Shown piece after piece: positions 46,642 through 58,403 of a DNA stretch of 64,000 nt. The stretch is from Candidatus Berkelbacteria bacterium (GTDB lineage Bacteria; Patescibacteriota; UBA1384; XYA2-FULL-43-10; 1-14-0-10-43-13): assembly GCA_037143235.1 (NCBI GenBank), contig JBAWZC010000001.1, positions 65,132-129,131 of the forward strand, read 5' to 3'. Position 1 is the first letter of the stretch; each line of letters opens with the position of its first letter. The translations under genes were made by a program, and so were the position numbers. The notes beneath the pieces were generated by a model. The model was given only the letters and a program-made list of their open reading frames with translations, searched no databases and was not told the DNA's origin.

Positions 46642-48177
46642 TCAATATGTCTTTTCTTTCGGCCGATACTGCAGCGCCTCAGAGATATGTTCTATTTTAA
46701 TATTTTCGCTGCTATCGAGGTCAGCAATAGTTCGAGCTAATTTCAAAAGTCGATGATAAACACGACCAGACAGCTTCATGCTGTCAACGGCCTGAGCAAT
46801 CAATTTTTCAGCTTCGGCCTCGAGTTTGCAATAATTTTTGATATCTTTGGCTCCCATATCAGAATTTGACTTTATCTTGGTGTCGATAAATCTTTTTCTC
46901 TGCACCTCTCTCGCCTGCTCAACTCTGGCCCTGACAATATCGGACGATTCGGCAACTATATCTGAGGCCAATTTCTCATATTTAATTCTTGGCACCTCGA
47001 TATGAATATCGATACGATCGATGATCGGCCCAGAAATCTTTTTTTGATATCGCATGATCTGAGTCGGCGTGCAGATACAGTGCTTCTCCGGATCTGACAT
47101 ATAGCCACAGGGACAGGGATTTTGCGCCGCAACCAACAAGAATTCGGCTGGAAAAGTCAAACTGCCAGTTGCGCGAGAAACAGTCACGACACCGTCCTCA
47201 AGTGGCTGTCGCAAAGCCTCTAAAACAGACCGTGGAAATTCGGGAAATTCATCAAGGAAAAGTACACCTCGATGGGAGAGACTTATCTCACCTGGACGAG
47301 GCCAACTACCTCCACCAATCAAGGCAACGCCCGAAGTAGTGTGATGAGGCGATCGGAACGGTCGGACTTCAACCAATCCTTCATCCCCTCTGAGCATCCC
47401 CGCGACCGAATATATTTTCATCACTTCCAGCACTTCATCGTCATCCATACTCGGCAAAATAGTCGCCAAACTACGAGCCAGCAATGTTTTGCCGGATCCG
47501 GGAGGCCCAGAAAGCAAGATATTGTGGCCACCGGCAGCCGCAATTTCCAAGGCTCTCTTGGCTTGTTCCTGACCAGAAACATAGGCGAGATCAAATTCTG
47601 CTTTCTCGGAGCTCGTCTCCTTGCGTCTTTTGTGCGCAACATAAGGTTTAACCCTGGCTTCATTTCGCAAATGTGCCACCAGCTCTTTCAACGACTTGAC
47701 TGGTACGACCTCGACCCCTTTAATCAAACTCGCCTCCTCGGCATTGACCGCAGGTAAAAATATTTGCGTGTAGCTCTTTTCAGCCGCGAACATTGTGATC
47801 GGTAATATCCCGTTTACATGTCGAAGCTCTCCGTTCAGCGAAAGTTCACCGACAAAGAGAGAATTTTTCAGCTCATCGTTGTCAAGTATTTGTTCCCCAG
47901 CCGCGAGTATGCCAACGGCCATCGGTAGATCAAAGCTCGGTCCCTCTTTTTTCACATCAGCAGGTGCCAGATTTACCGTCAAGCGATGCTGCGGAAACAT
48001 CAACCCAGAGTTCTTGATCGCTGCCCTGATCCTTTCCTTACTCTCGTCAATCGCTTTGTCGGGCAGCCCGACGATTGTGAAAGCCGGCAGACCAGCGCCA
48101 ATATCAACTTCCACATCTACCAAATACGAATCTAGTCCTACCGTCGCCGCCGAAAACACCTTTGAAACTTGTTTCAT
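46642..48177 (-). CDS. comM: YifB/ComM family Mg-chelatase-like AAA+ ATPase
   Basis: ChlI-like N-domain, Walker A GPPGSGKT, C-terminal ComM tail. Confidence 0.85.
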   Translation of the reverse strand: MKQVSKVFSAATVGLDSYLVDVEVDIGAGLPAFTIVGLPDKAIDESKERIRAAIKNSGLMFPQHRLTVNLAPADVKKEGPSFDLPMAVGILAAGEQILDNDELKNSLFVGELSLNGELRHVNGILPITMFAAEKSYTQIFLPAVNAEEASLIKGVEVVPVKSLKELVAHLRNEARVKPYVAHKRRKETSSEKAEFDLAYVSGQEQAKRALEIAAAGGHNILLSGPPGSGKTLLARSLATILPSMDDDEVLEVMKIYSVAGMLRGDEGLVEVRPFRSPHHTTSGVALIGGGSWPRPGEISLSHRGVLFLDEFPEFPRSVLEALRQPLEDGVVTVSRATGSLTFPAEFLLVAAQNPCPCGYMSDPEKHCICTPTQIMRYQKKISGPIIDRIDIHIEVPRIKYEKLASDIVAESSDIVRARVEQAREVQRKRFIDTKIKSNSDMGAKDIKNYCKLEAEAEKLIAQAVDSMKLSGRVYHRLLKLARTIADLDSSENIKIEHISEALQYRPKEKTY

Positions 48178-48375
48178 AGCACGAAACTATTTATTTACTT
48201 TTCTAATAAATATTTAGTAAAAATACTCTCCTAATTTTAAACATTTCCGCGACAGAAGTAAACAAACAGCGAGACTTGTCCACAATTTTCAAATCTTGAC
48301 CACTACACCACAAAGTGGTAAAACATTATACATCATGACTCTGAATATGCAGAGCATGACGGAAGGTGGTCAAAA

Positions 48376-48831
48376 ATGACAGAAACTAGTTTCAAAGAAG
48401 ATGGTCACCAAATCGATGGGCTGGCTCGCTTTCTAGCAGAGGCACTAGAGGCTACAACCAGCACGGAGCACAGGCACGAGATGGTTCTTTCTGCGGCGAG
48501 AAATATCGCCAAGCTGAATATCTCACTCGAGAACAAGGTCAGATTGACCAAAATTCTCAACTGTTCGTCAAATTTGAAAGCCGAGTTCATCGCTCTGGCT
48601 TCCAAAGACCTCGCTGAAATGGCTGCAATCATCAAAGCAGCAGAAGCAGGGGTCTGTTCACAAGGTGCCCTCGTGTGGCACATCGGTGATGACGCAATGA
48701 AGGCATCACTGATCTCGAGTTTGGGAAAAGGAAACCCGTCGAAGACGGACTACTTGATCACCCTGATCGCAGGAAGTGATAAACGCAAAAGAAGAACAAT
48801 TAGGCAGCTAACAGCTGCTTACCAGAACTAA
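48376..48831 (+). CDS. hypothetical protein (151 aa)
   Basis: ORF with possible TTGACC-17-TAAAAC promoter upstream. Confidence 0.4.
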   Translation: MTETSFKEDGHQIDGLARFLAEALEATTSTEHRHEMVLSAARNIAKLNISLENKVRLTKILNCSSNLKAEFIALASKDLAEMAAIIKAAEAGVCSQGALVWHIGDDAMKASLISSLGKGNPSKTDYLITLIAGSDKRKRRTIRQLTAAYQN

Positions 48832-48899
48832 TCCGAGTGGAGAGGTTTGCACCATGCATTCCTCTCCGCTTTTCGTTTTGGAGATAATAAAGCAGAGCA

Positions 48900-49030
48900 A
48901 AAAAGCTAAGAGAAAGAATCATTAGTGATTGAGTGTTGGTTATTAACTGATTATTGTCCCTTGATTATTGTATCTTGTCCGCTTAGGTCAATTAGAATAA
49001 TTAGAAATTAGGTTAATTCTATACTGATCA
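48900..49030. repeat. ~150-nt intergenic repeat family copy
   Basis: gttggttattaactgattattgtcccttgattattgtatcttgtccgcttaggtcaattagaataattagaaattaggttaattcta. Confidence 0.75.
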
Positions 49031-49124
49031 GTTGAATCAATCTCATTTTCTTGACCGCCAAAGCCATCTTCTGTTAATCTATACGCAAGGGGTTATATTT
49101 TTATTGCACAGAGAGCTGCTTTCG

Positions 49125-49352
49125 ATGAAAAAATACCTTTTGATGTCATTTGGTATGATTGGACAGATCGGTTTTGTCGTGGCTGTCCCGATGGTCGGCC
49201 TAGGTCTCTTTGGCCGTTATCTCGACAATCAGTTCACGACCAAACCATATCTTTTCTTGCTCTGTCTGCTTATTGCCACCCTGATCGCGTTTTTCTCAGT
49301 CAAACTAATCGTTCAAAAACTGATCGAAGAAATGAACAAAAATGGAAATTAG
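49125..49352 (+). CDS. ATP synthase protein I-like small membrane protein (AtpZ/AtpI)
   Basis: Two-TM 75-aa protein immediately before atpB. Confidence 0.5.
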   Translation: MKKYLLMSFGMIGQIGFVVAVPMVGLGLFGRYLDNQFTTKPYLFLLCLLIATLIAFFSVKLIVQKLIEEMNKNGN

Positions 49353-50085
49353 CTTAGCGGCAGAAAAAATTGGCCAGATCGGCGCACTCCCGATTACCAA
49401 CTCCATGCTCACTGGTTGGATCGGCTCAGCAATTTTAATTATCTTTGCGACAGTCGCTAGCTACAAGATGAAAATCATCCCGTCGGGTGTACAAAATGTT
49501 TTTGAATATATCATCGAATTTCTCTACAACACTGCCGACTCCATCATCGGCGACGAAAAACAAACCAGAAGATATTTTCCTCTCGTCGCGACAATATTTC
49601 TCTTTATTATTTTCAACAACTGGCTCGGCCTCATCCCCGGAGTTGGTACGATCGGTTTGCACGAAACTTTTCATGGTAAAGAAATCCTCGTTCCCCTCTT
49701 TCGCTCAGCCAACGCCGATCTCAATATGACGATTGCCCTAGCCGTCATCACAGTGCTGTCGATCCAAATTTTTGGCATCGCCGCGATCGGTTTTTTCAAA
49801 TACGGCAAGAAATTCATCAATCTCTCTAGCCCAATCAACTTTTTTATTGGTATACTAGAGCTGATCGGCGAAGTTTCGAGAATGATTTCTTTCTCTTTCC
49901 GATTGTTCGGCAATGTTTTTGCCGGCGAAGTTCTGCTCGTAGTCATCGCCTTCATCGTGCCGTATATCGCCCCAATCCCCTTTTACGGTCTAGAGATCTT
50001 TGTCGGTTTCATCCAAGCACTTGTTTTCACTATGCTTGCTCTGGTTTTCATCAAATCAGCCATTACGGACCATGAAGCACACTGA
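49342..50085 (+). CDS. atpB: F0F1 ATP synthase subunit a
   Basis: RLFGNVFAGEVLL motif (essential Arg). Confidence 0.9.
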   Translation: MEISLAAEKIGQIGALPITNSMLTGWIGSAILIIFATVASYKMKIIPSGVQNVFEYIIEFLYNTADSIIGDEKQTRRYFPLVATIFLFIIFNNWLGLIPGVGTIGLHETFHGKEILVPLFRSANADLNMTIALAVITVLSIQIFGIAAIGFFKYGKKFINLSSPINFFIGILELIGEVSRMISFSFRLFGNVFAGEVLLVVIAFIVPYIAPIPFYGLEIFVGFIQALVFTMLALVFIKSAITDHEAH

Positions 50086-50094
50086 TAAATTCGA

Positions 50095-50536
<442 letters not shown>

Positions 50537-50559
50537 ATAGGGACAGCTAGGAGCTAGGA

Positions 50560-50655
50560 AATTATAAACCTATTCGACTACATTCGGAAGCTTATTAGCT
50601 TAAACACTTACTAGCTTACCAGCTTAAACACTTACTAGCTTATTAGCTTAAACCA
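50560..50655. repeat. 'AGCTTAAACACTTACTAGCTTA' tandem intergenic repeat
   Basis: three tandem units; same family as 27615-27700, 28085-28175. Confidence 0.8.
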
Positions 50656-51143
50656 TGGAATCACTTGGTATAGACATAAAACTTTTGATCGCTCAAGCAG
50701 TCAATTTTCTGATTGTGATGTTTTTGTTATGGAAATTTGCCTATAACCCCGTACTAAAAATGTTGGACGAACGAAAATCCAAGATTGAAAAAGGCTTGTC
50801 TGACGCCAAAGCCAGTGAAGAATCATTGGGTTTAGCCGAGAAAAAAGCCAAAGAGATCAAGAACGAAGCGCTTTCTAGCGCTGCAGATATTATCAAAGAA
50901 GCCAGAACCGCCGCCAGCGCTGAGCTCGCCGCCCAACTAGCCAAAGCGAATGAAATGTCTGCCAGAATTATCGAAAATGCCACCAAAGAAGCAACTACGC
51001 TCAAATCAAAAGTCTTGACGGAAGCTAAAAAAGAAATTTCAGGATTGATCGTGGCTTCTCTCGACAAAATTGTCGGTGACAAACTAACTACAGTTCAAAA
51101 AGAAAAACTTGCTGAAAAAAGACTGCAAGAAATTCAAAATTGA
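50655..51143 (+). CDS. atpF: F0F1 ATP synthase subunit b
   Basis: N-terminal TM then long Ala/Lys/Glu coiled coil. Confidence 0.85.
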   Translation: MESLGIDIKLLIAQAVNFLIVMFLLWKFAYNPVLKMLDERKSKIEKGLSDAKASEESLGLAEKKAKEIKNEALSSAADIIKEARTAASAELAAQLAKANEMSARIIENATKEATTLKSKVLTEAKKEISGLIVASLDKIVGDKLTTVQKEKLAEKRLQEIQN

Positions 51144-51147
51144 TACC

Positions 51148-51567
51148 ATGAAATACAGACCAAAAATATATGCTGAGATGTTGGTAGACACAGCAACAGA
51201 AATCAAAAACGATTCCGCTGACACAAGAGAAAAATTAAAATTGATCGCAAAGAACTTTTGGCGATTACTTCAAAAAAACAAACAATATCGCGAGCTGCCA
51301 AAAATAATGACATCACTCTGCGAAATGTCAGCGATGAAACGAGGCAAAACCACAGTCAAAGTCTTTTCCTCGAATTTTGAAGCTGATTTTGACAGTATTT
51401 TTCAAAAAAGAATTGAAAAAATTGTCAAAAAAGAGATTATTTTTGAAAAAATTACAAAAAGCGTAAATGATGGCCCTGTTTTTGTCTACGAAGATAAAAT
51501 CATCGATCTGTCGAGTCGAAATCTGATCTCAAAACTGGCGACTAAACTCAAAGAGAGCATTTCGTAA
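51148..51567 (+). CDS. atpH: F0F1 ATP synthase subunit delta (OSCP)
   Basis: position between b and alpha; helical OSCP-like. Confidence 0.7.
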   Translation: MKYRPKIYAEMLVDTATEIKNDSADTREKLKLIAKNFWRLLQKNKQYRELPKIMTSLCEMSAMKRGKTTVKVFSSNFEADFDSIFQKRIEKIVKKEIIFEKITKSVNDGPVFVYEDKIIDLSSRNLISKLATKLKESIS

Positions 51568-51592
51568 GTAAAAATATAATTATCGGAGTCCT

Positions 51593-53140
51593 ATGTCTGA
51601 CATCATCGAACAACTGAAAAAAGAGATATTAAATTTTGACACTAAGGTCAAGGAAGAAATTGCCGGCGAAGTTGCTGAAATTGGCGACGGCATCGCCAAA
51701 ATCTACGGGCTAAAGGGGGCCAAGTCAGGCGAACTTTTGAGCGTCGAGACAGTTAATGGCAAAGTTGCCGCGATGGTTCTAAATCTCGAAGAAAGTTCCA
51801 TTGGTGCTGTCGTTCTCGGCGATTACAAAAACATTACCGCAGGCGACAAAGTCGTCTGTACCGGTGAGGTCGCGAGCATCAATGTCTCTGATGATATTAT
51901 CGGTCGGGTTGTTAACCCACTTGGCTTACCGCTTGACGACAAGGGCACGATCAAGGCTGGCAAATCCATGCCTATCGAAAAAGTCGCGCCAGGGGTAATC
52001 ACTCGTCAATCTGTGACCGTTCCATTGCAAACTGGCATTAAAGCTATCGATGCATTGATTCCGATCGGCCGCGGCCAACGCGAGCTGATCATCGGCGATC
52101 GTGGTACAGGCAAAACAGCTATTGCCATCGACACAATCATCAATCAAAAAGATCTTCCCAAAGACAAAAGACCAATCTGTATCTATGTTGCCATCGGTCA
52201 GAAAAAATCAAAGGTCGCTCGTATCGTTGCCAAGCTCGAAGAATCAGGTGCGATGGCTTATACAATCGTCGTTTTGGCTGGAGCATCTGACCCCGCTTCC
52301 CTTTCCTTCATCGCACCATACTCTGGCTGCGCCATTGGCGAATATTTTATGGAAAGCGGCAAAGATGTCCTAATTATTTTCGATGACCTAACCAAACAAG
52401 CATGGGCCTATCGTCAAGTTTCGCTCTTGCTGCGACGACCACCAGGCAGGGAAGCCTATCCCGGCGATGTTTTTTACCTCCACTCTCGCTTACTTGAGCG
52501 CGCTTGCCGCCTGAACAAAGACTTTGGTGGCGGCTCGATGACTGCCCTCCCGATCATCGAAACCCAGGCAGGTGATGTCTCTGCCTATATCCCAACCAAT
52601 GTCATATCTATCACCGATGGCCAAATCTTCTTGGAGAGCGATCTTTTTTACCAAGGCATTCGTCCCGCTCTAAATATTGGTATTTCAGTCTCTCGTGTTG
52701 GCGGTGCTGCTCAAATTAAAGCAATGAAAAAAGTAGCTGGTCGTCTCAAACTTGAAATGGCCCAATATCGTGAGATGGCTGCCTTCGCTCAATTTGCTTC
52801 TGATCTTGACGCCGATACCAGAAAGACAATCGAACGCGGCAAACGCATTACCGAAGTAATGAAACAACCTCAATACTCCCCTGTCTCGGTCGAAGACCAA
52901 GTCGTCGTCCTATATGCCGCTATCAACGGCTATCTTGACGGCTATGATGTCGCCGATATCGTCGAGGTTGAAAAAGGCATTATTTCTAAAGCCAAAACAG
53001 GTATCAAAGAAGTCCTTGCCGCCATTCGCGAAACTGGTGAATTAAATGAAGCCGATGAAGCCAAATTGAAAGATTTTTTAGCTAAAAATAGCAAAAAAAT
53101 TGAACAGGACGTAGAAGAAATACCAAAGGGCAATAAATAA
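51593..53140 (+). CDS. atpA: F0F1 ATP synthase subunit alpha
   Basis: GDRGTGKT P-loop, full-length alpha. Confidence 0.95.
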   Translation: MSDIIEQLKKEILNFDTKVKEEIAGEVAEIGDGIAKIYGLKGAKSGELLSVETVNGKVAAMVLNLEESSIGAVVLGDYKNITAGDKVVCTGEVASINVSDDIIGRVVNPLGLPLDDKGTIKAGKSMPIEKVAPGVITRQSVTVPLQTGIKAIDALIPIGRGQRELIIGDRGTGKTAIAIDTIINQKDLPKDKRPICIYVAIGQKKSKVARIVAKLEESGAMAYTIVVLAGASDPASLSFIAPYSGCAIGEYFMESGKDVLIIFDDLTKQAWAYRQVSLLLRRPPGREAYPGDVFYLHSRLLERACRLNKDFGGGSMTALPIIETQAGDVSAYIPTNVISITDGQIFLESDLFYQGIRPALNIGISVSRVGGAAQIKAMKKVAGRLKLEMAQYREMAAFAQFASDLDADTRKTIERGKRITEVMKQPQYSPVSVEDQVVVLYAAINGYLDGYDVADIVEVEKGIISKAKTGIKEVLAAIRETGELNEADEAKLKDFLAKNSKKIEQDVEEIPKGNK

Positions 53141-53815
53141 ATGGACAATGAAACAGAAAATTTAGTCAGAACAAAAAAACCACGAACAATGCTGTGGGCA
53201 TGCTTCGGTTTTGTTTTAATTATAGTTTTAGGATATGGCTTATTTTCTTGGCTGAAACCTGAGTCTAAATATTCGATTAATAATATCTCTAAACACAACA
53301 TCGTACCGCAAACACCAAGCATTCAGTATGGTATTGTTCATTCTACTCTCGAGAATGCGTATATCTCTATTTCATTTCAGGATCGGCTTGATATGGCCCA
53401 AGCGAATGAGATTCTAAAGAATTACGCCTCTTTAAACGATAATATGACTTACAATGTTTTTCAGGACCGCTTTTGTTCTTATAGCATCAAACCGAAAACA
53501 TCAGACCTTCAGCACGATATTTCTACCATCGAGCCATCCCTTGTCGGACCAACCCTGCTCAATCATTCGGCAGACCTTCTCGAAGCCACCAGAGACATAA
53601 ACGGTAATCCGATAATAGTTGGCACTGCCCACAGTGCTTCTTGTGCTGAAATACAGCGAACGATTGAGTCGTTTGGATTTACTGTCATCAATATCAATCA
53701 AACACCAGTTTATGCCACAGTTAAGACAGATACAAACAAGAAAGAGGCACTTTTGGAGCTATTGAATAAAGATGTCGACTCATTCCAAAATGTTCAATTT
53801 GATTATCCAGTGTGA
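53141..53815 (+). CDS. hypothetical membrane-anchored protein inserted between atpA and atpG
   Basis: ATG overlaps atpA stop (TAAATG); N-terminal TM MLWACFGFVLIIVLGYGLFSWL; no known motif. Confidence 0.55.
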   Translation: MDNETENLVRTKKPRTMLWACFGFVLIIVLGYGLFSWLKPESKYSINNISKHNIVPQTPSIQYGIVHSTLENAYISISFQDRLDMAQANEILKNYASLNDNMTYNVFQDRFCSYSIKPKTSDLQHDISTIEPSLVGPTLLNHSADLLEATRDINGNPIIVGTAHSASCAEIQRTIESFGFTVININQTPVYATVKTDTNKKEALLELLNKDVDSFQNVQFDYPV

Positions 53816-53845
53816 GATCGTAAATTAACAAAAATGAAATAGACC

Positions 53846-54781
53846 ATGCCTTCAACCCAAGAATTCCGACGGAGAATTAAATCTGTCAACAACACCAGAC
53901 AAATTACTAAAGCGATGGAAATGATCGCCTCTGTTAAGATGCAAAAAGCCACCAAAACAATCGCTGCTGCGCGGAGCTATGTTCAAAATGCTTGGAATAT
54001 GCTGCAAAAATTAAGTGCCTCTGTTCTGCCTGACAATCACCCCCTAGTCTCAGCCACGAAAGTCAACAAAACAGCAGTCATCCTGATCACCTCAGATCGT
54101 GGTCTCTGTGGCGGTTACAACGCTGAAATTATCAAAAGGTTTATTCGCTTCGAGAAAGAAGAGTGCGCTTGCTCAATTACCGATAAAAAATCAGCTTGCG
54201 GAGACTATTCTGGTAGCTGTGATGTCATAGCTATCGGCAAAAAAGGGGCTGAATACACAGAAAGATACAAAATTGGCCGACTGATTGCCGAATTTCCTGC
54301 TTTTGAAAACGATGTCCAGATCGAAGATATCGTCGCTATCTCCAAATTAACCAATGGCGAATATCTAGCTGGCCACTACGACAAAGTTGTCGCCATTTAC
54401 TCTCATTTTGAATCCTCAATCAAACAAACTGGTGTCGTCAAACAAATTTTACCCCTCTCGACTAATCACATCGACAAGCTTGATCTTTGGGAGGCCGACC
54501 CTGACCTCGAGACCAATAACCTTGAAAATTTCAAATTTGAGCCATCACCTGATATCGTTTTTGAGGGCATATTAAAACAATTTCTTCGAGTTCAAATATT
54601 TGGCGCCATTCTGGAAGCAAACGCCTCCGAACACTCAGCTCGCATGGTAGCAATGAAAAACGCCACTGACAACGCCAAAGATCTGATTGATGAATTACAA
54701 CTGATATACAACTCAGTTCGTCAAGATAGCATCACTCGTGAAATTGCCGAAATCAGCGGCGCCGCAGAAGCGATGGGATAA
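53846..54781 (+). CDS. atpG: F0F1 ATP synthase subunit gamma
   Basis: MPSTQEFRRRIKSVNNTRQITKAMEMIASVKMQKA N-terminus; C-terminal helix. Confidence 0.9.
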   Translation: MPSTQEFRRRIKSVNNTRQITKAMEMIASVKMQKATKTIAAARSYVQNAWNMLQKLSASVLPDNHPLVSATKVNKTAVILITSDRGLCGGYNAEIIKRFIRFEKEECACSITDKKSACGDYSGSCDVIAIGKKGAEYTERYKIGRLIAEFPAFENDVQIEDIVAISKLTNGEYLAGHYDKVVAIYSHFESSIKQTGVVKQILPLSTNHIDKLDLWEADPDLETNNLENFKFEPSPDIVFEGILKQFLRVQIFGAILEANASEHSARMVAMKNATDNAKDLIDELQLIYNSVRQDSITREIAEISGAAEAMG

Positions 54782-54894
54782 TATAGACAATGATCAAATA
54801 CCAAGGGTCAATGATCAAGTAAGTATCAAGTGAGAAATAAGTTAAGTAATGATCAAGCAAGTGGAAAACAAGAATCAATAATAGATATTTATTA

Positions 54895-55281
54895 ATGGAA
54901 ACGCAAAATCCAAAATACAATCTTCAGGAGCGAACGCTAAATTTTGGCAAGGATATAATTAGACTTTGCAAATCGATAAAATATTGTCCTGTTTCATTCA
55001 AAATTATTGACCAATTGGTTAGATCTGGCACAAGTGTCGGTGCTAATTATATGGAAGCAATAAACGGATCATCAAAAAAAGACTTCAAAAATAAATTGTT
55101 TATCTGCAAAAAAGAATCGCAAGAAACCAAGTATTGGCTAAGCATGTTAAAAGAATCTGAATCAGACAGAGCTATGGATATCACCCCTTTAATACAAGAA
55201 TGTCACGAACTAAATCTTATTTTCCAAAAATCGATAAACACAGTAGAAGAAAACTTAATACTTAATAAATTAAAAACTTAA
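54895..55281 (+). CDS. four-helix-bundle protein (23S rRNA intervening-sequence protein family)
   Basis: ..DQLVRSGTSVGANYMEA..KDF..KL.ICKKESQETKYWL typical of this family; inserted between atpG and atpD. Confidence 0.7.
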   Translation: METQNPKYNLQERTLNFGKDIIRLCKSIKYCPVSFKIIDQLVRSGTSVGANYMEAINGSSKKDFKNKLFICKKESQETKYWLSMLKESESDRAMDITPLIQECHELNLIFQKSINTVEENLILNKLKT

Positions 55282-55313
55282 TTGATCATTGACACTTGAT
55301 CATTGACCATTAA

Positions 55314-56687
<1,374 letters not shown>

Positions 56688-56697
56688 AAGGAGCAAT

Positions 56698-56919
56698 ATG
56701 CCACTAACTTTAAAAGAGTATATTACAATCAATCTTGAATTATTAATATTAATAATATTTATTAGCTCCTTTCCTGTATTTTTCTGGAGCCTAAAGGATC
56801 CTCGAAAAAAAATCTGGAAATTTTGCTCTATCATCTCATTTATTCTATCGGGAATATTTTTGAGCTGGCTTGGCTTTACAATAATAAATTTCGCAATCGG
56901 TATGTCTAATTTCAATTAA
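56698..56919 (+). CDS. hypothetical small membrane protein inserted between atpD and atpC
   Basis: 73 aa, two TMs; AGGAG RBS (aaaggagcaatATG). Confidence 0.45.
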   Translation: MPLTLKEYITINLELLILIIFISSFPVFFWSLKDPRKKIWKFCSIISFILSGIFLSWLGFTIINFAIGMSNFN

Positions 56920-56920
56920 T

Positions 56921-57337
56921 ATGAACACCTTCAAATTAAAACTCATCTCCCCCTCCGGTATAGCTTACGAGGCCGAAGCTACCGAAATTACACTCCCAAC
57001 GACCGATGGCGAGATTGGCATTTTGCCAAATCACGAACCCTTGATCACCCTGATCAAAGCAGGATTGATCAAGATCAAAAACGGCCGCGAAGAAAAAGAG
57101 TTAGCAACCGAAGGCGGCATCGCTGAAATCAATAACAATGTTATCAAAATTTTGGCCGACACCGCCGAAGACACCGCCAATCTCGATGAATTAAAAATTA
57201 TGAAAGCCAAAGAGTTAGCAGAAAAACATTTAACCGAAGCCAAAAATGAAATTGAATTCGCTGATGCTTCCGCCAATCTCGAGAAACAGCTCACTATGCT
57301 CAGTTTAGCCACCAAACGCAAAAAGAAATATCGTTAG
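56921..57337 (+). CDS. atpC: F0F1 ATP synthase subunit epsilon
   Basis: beta-sandwich N-domain (KLISPSG..YEAEA) + helical C-domain. Confidence 0.85.
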   Translation: MNTFKLKLISPSGIAYEAEATEITLPTTDGEIGILPNHEPLITLIKAGLIKIKNGREEKELATEGGIAEINNNVIKILADTAEDTANLDELKIMKAKELAEKHLTEAKNEIEFADASANLEKQLTMLSLATKRKKKYR

Positions 57338-57358
57338 TATTATTCCAATACAATAATC

Positions 57359-58356
57359 TTAGTGCTCTAAAAATATCTTGGCAAATCTTTTGATTTGTTC
57401 ATAATTGGGCAACCATTGAATCTCAGGAAAACGGTGAAACCAAGTCATCTGACGACGAGCAAATTGATGAGTACAATACTTCAAATCCTGAGACATGGCT
57501 TGAAATTCAGAATTATGAATCACGAATGATGAGTCACGGTTCTCGCCCAATTTTTCCCATAATTGAATATTCTTAATTCTTAATTCTAGAAGGTATTGAG
57601 TAATTTCTCTGTATTCCAGACCCAGCCCGATCAACCAGACCGGATCAACTCCTGATATTAACAAATCACGCACCTCCTGAGTCATTCCAACCTCAAATCT
57701 CTCGTCAACTCTTTTATCAATTCGCTGATGTAATTCTGTGCGTGGCACATCTACTCCGATCTGTAAGACCTCGAAATCAGGCTTAATCTTCACAGGGTTG
57801 AGCCCCTCTTGCGCTAGTTCAATTGCTCTGATCAATCGATGCCGATTTTTGTGATCGATTGATTCATATTTCTGGACATCACTTTTCTCCAAGACCTCGT
57901 TCAGCTCTTTTGTTGTCAGTTTGTCTAATTGCTCACGCGAATACTCTGCTTTCTGTTTTTTACCTGCCCCTCGTAGCCCTGGCGTAGTGGAGTTTTCTGT
58001 TTTCTGCTGAAGAGCGAACCCTTCGACAAGTCCCTGAATATATAGCCCACTGCCCCCAACGAGGATCGGCACCTTGCCACGAGCAAAGATGTCTTCAATT
58101 GCCGATCGAGCCAGTGGCAAATAGTCGAAAAGCGTCATCTTCTCCCCTGGGTCAACGATATCTATCATGTGATATTTCACCTCGCCATATTCAGCCAGAT
58201 CTTTACCAGTTCCGAGATCAAGCCCACGATAAACCTGACGGCTATCAGCAGAGATGATTTCGCCGTTAAATTCCTTTGCTAGTTTCACCCCAATCCCCGT
58301 CTTTCCTGAGGCTGTTGGTCCAACAATCGCAATAATTTTTCGCTTTTTTGTAATCA
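57359..58356 (-). CDS. miaA: tRNA dimethylallyltransferase MiaA
   Basis: IIAIVGPTASGKTG P-loop, ADSRQVYRGLDLGTGK; start probably GTG at 58356 (ORF-track upstream extension unlikely). Confidence 0.85.
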
Positions 58357-58403
58357 CGGTATATAATTTATATAGCACAACTTGAACAATTAATGAATTA
58401 ATT